This document shows positions 61,861 to 64,000 of a DNA stretch of 64,000 bases, in pieces (positions within the stretch are counted from its first letter, which is position 1; each line of letters opens with the position of its first letter). The position numbers were made by a program, and so were the translations under genes. The stretch covers positions 6,572,001 through 6,636,000 of the forward strand of contig NC_087249.1 in the NCBI RefSeq assembly GCF_037042905.1. The letters are read 5' to 3'. The DNA comes from Lytechinus pictus. Lineage: Eukaryota. Under the pieces are notes generated by a model. That model had not been told where the DNA came from. It did not search any database and worked only from the letters and a program-made list of their open reading frames with translations.

Positions 61861-63486
61861 TGACCCAGGAGGTTACGGTCAATTCGGAGTGCACAAGTAT
61901 CAATGCATGTCCAAATTGGAAGGAGGCTGGTATTAAAATCAGGATTGAATATCTGTTACGTCAATTGATGGTTGAAGGTAGGGTATGCAGAATAGTTTTT
62001 TTCACCTTTTTCCAGCATTCCAACTTTGAGATTGCATTTTGAAAGACATATACATACATGAGCGTTTATGACCAACGAATAATTGTTTGAATGCAACCCA
62101 GCTTTGAATTTAACATATAAAAAAAACATCTTTAGGGGGAAAAGTGTCACATGAATGCAGCCTCAGGCTACAGATCTGTCAAGCTCTTCATGAGCTGAAC
62201 TATGAAATCATATCATGAAGTAATCAACCACAATGGAATAAAATGATCAATGACTTCTAAAATATCATATTAGGAGGATTAGGCGCAATGTGATTGAGGA
62301 ACATCTAACATTACTGACAAAAACAGTGTGTTGTTAAGACTTGGAGTAGCTATGCATGCACTAAACAAATAACACAATTATTCAATAATGTGTTGATGGA
62401 GTTTTTATAATTTTTTAATTCTGTTTAATCATTATTAAATATTTTCCCCTATTGAAGCACATCTGGGTATCCCCTTTAAAACAGGATCAAGCCTAAATTC
62501 CGAACACATATCTACTGCAGCAGAGCAAGGCATAATTTTTGTGACCTTTACACGCAAGAAACGCTTGGAGATGCATCAGTCCCAACATAATAGAAATGGA
62601 GATAAGAATTAAAAACATTTCTTGTATTTTAGAAGGGGGAAGAACTATACATGTATTAAAGGAGATAGAAAAGTAGGATCTGTCCGTGAACCATGTAATC
62701 AATTTCTTTAATAAAGTTCAGTTTGGCGAACAGGAGGTGTAGAAAGGCCAGCAGCTGAACGCATGGTGTGTGATTATTAGTGCGCATCATTGGCGAGAAA
62801 ACGCTTGAGCATCATAGAGTGCTTTCACACAAGGGCAAAGTTAATAGTAATAACTGTTAATTTGCAACATATTGTAATAATAGTAGTTTGAACCGTTTGA
62901 TCATGGAATTATGAATTACTAAACCCTCATATTTCTAAGTAATATTCTGTCAATGAGAGGCAATTTAGAGTTTCATGGAAATTCAATCGTAACTCTACAA
63001 CTCAATACTTGACTCGGCTCACACAAAACCATAACATAATTTGAGACACAAAAGGGAAGGCAATTTCAAACAAAACGTTCTGGTTTCACAACTGAAATGA
63101 ACCCTCAGCATTTGGGTTAGCGTAAACTACAAAATACCCCAGTACAAATGAAGCACTGTAGCACTGAACTCTGTCAGTTAGCACTCGTGTGAACAACCCC
63201 TATTTGCACATACACTGTAGACACAAGAAAATGCTTGAACGTCTTCTGCTTCCAGTGCACATGTAAAGTGCAGAAGTCTAGTAGAAATTGAAATGGTCAA
63301 TATAAAACTTTCTTTCATTAGATGTAGGGAAGTTGTCAAGAAGGGCATAGCCACTAGCAAATTTGATATGACCTTTTACTATTTGGACTGGCCTTCTATT
63401 TAAAAGAATAATTAACTTTGCAGAAAGTAGCAAAATTAGCTTCAGATGGAATCAGAGGTACAGTGTATCTTTTCCTCGTACACCTG

Positions 63487-63758
63487 GGCCACGTCTTACA
63501 AAAAGTTACGATTGATCCAATCAATCATAACTCTATATTGAAATCCATCAGTGTCATAATTTTTTCTATAGAAAATTTGCACAATGTACTTTGTAAACAA
63601 AGAGAAGCGCAGTGAATTTTCATGAAAACAATGAATGTATGAATATACATTATAGTTAGAAAATATTTTGAACAAACATGAATAATACATGTTGACGTTG
63701 CTGGCCATCCATAGTTGCGATTGATCGGATCAATCGTAACTCTTTGTAAGACGGGGCC
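63487..63758. mobile_element. Harbinger-like MITE, family A, copy 3
   Basis: CGTCTTACAAAAAGTTACGATTGATCC / GGATCAATCGTAACTCTTTGTAAGACG; CTG/CAG flanks. Confidence 0.88.
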
Positions 63759-64000
63759 CAGAAAAGTTAAGACAGAATGGAAGTCTTGAACCAAAAAAGG
63801 CAACAAACGATAGAGGTTTGCCATATGGTTCCATGAAATCTGCTCCGGCGATAATTGCTCCACTCTAAATTCCAAACACTATCGAATGACCAACTTCAAC
63901 CCTGGTTTTAACACTATACCCTACCCTAAACCTAACATAAAACCCTATTGCAACCCTAACCCTACAACTTTGACGAAATTAAGCCCATCTCTGGAGCAAA

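Noticed and set aside
63905-63970. Telomeric repeat (CCCTAA-like)
   Set aside because: Only a few degenerate units inside what looks like an interspersed repeat; not a (TTAGGG)n array
40100-64000. A second protein-coding gene from the many 60-130 aa ORFs
   Set aside because: No recognisable domains and no consistent exon chain; most ORFs fall in repeats or use non-ATG starts

Overview
AT-rich, intron-rich eukaryotic (animal) DNA. The repeat landscape is most like an echinoderm (sea-urchin-type) genome, but that assignment is inference. The only protein-coding gene is the 5' half of an unconventional class IX myosin (MYO9A/MYO9B co-orthologue) on the minus strand. I reconstructed 19 GT-AG coding exons from ATG 39988 down to 17 (3329 nt, about 1109 codons, all intron phases consistent). 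They encode an N-terminal Ras-association domain, the motor (P-loop GESGSGKT, switch I NNNSSRFG, switch II DIFGFE), the myosin-IX loop-2 insertion, four IQ motifs and the start of the tail. The C1/RhoGAP tail must lie beyond position 1. Positions 40010-64000 are upstream intron or flank, with candidate upstream exons. The introns are packed with non-autonomous DNA transposons (Harbinger-like, TTAA/Kolobok-like, hAT-like, Helentron-like), tRNA-derived SINEs, a truncated L1/Tx1 LINE with a 16-bp TSD, and tandem repeats. There is no prokaryotic system, CRISPR array or intact transposase. The most interesting signals are: (i) a cluster of frame-preserving phase-2 micro/cassette exons inside the loop-2 insertion; (ii) a triplicated IQ-exon end carrying decoy splice donors; (iii) two non-coding elements whose internal segment is complementary to their joined ends (tyrosine-recombinase/Crypton/DIRS-like architecture), one holding a perfect 46-bp palindrome.
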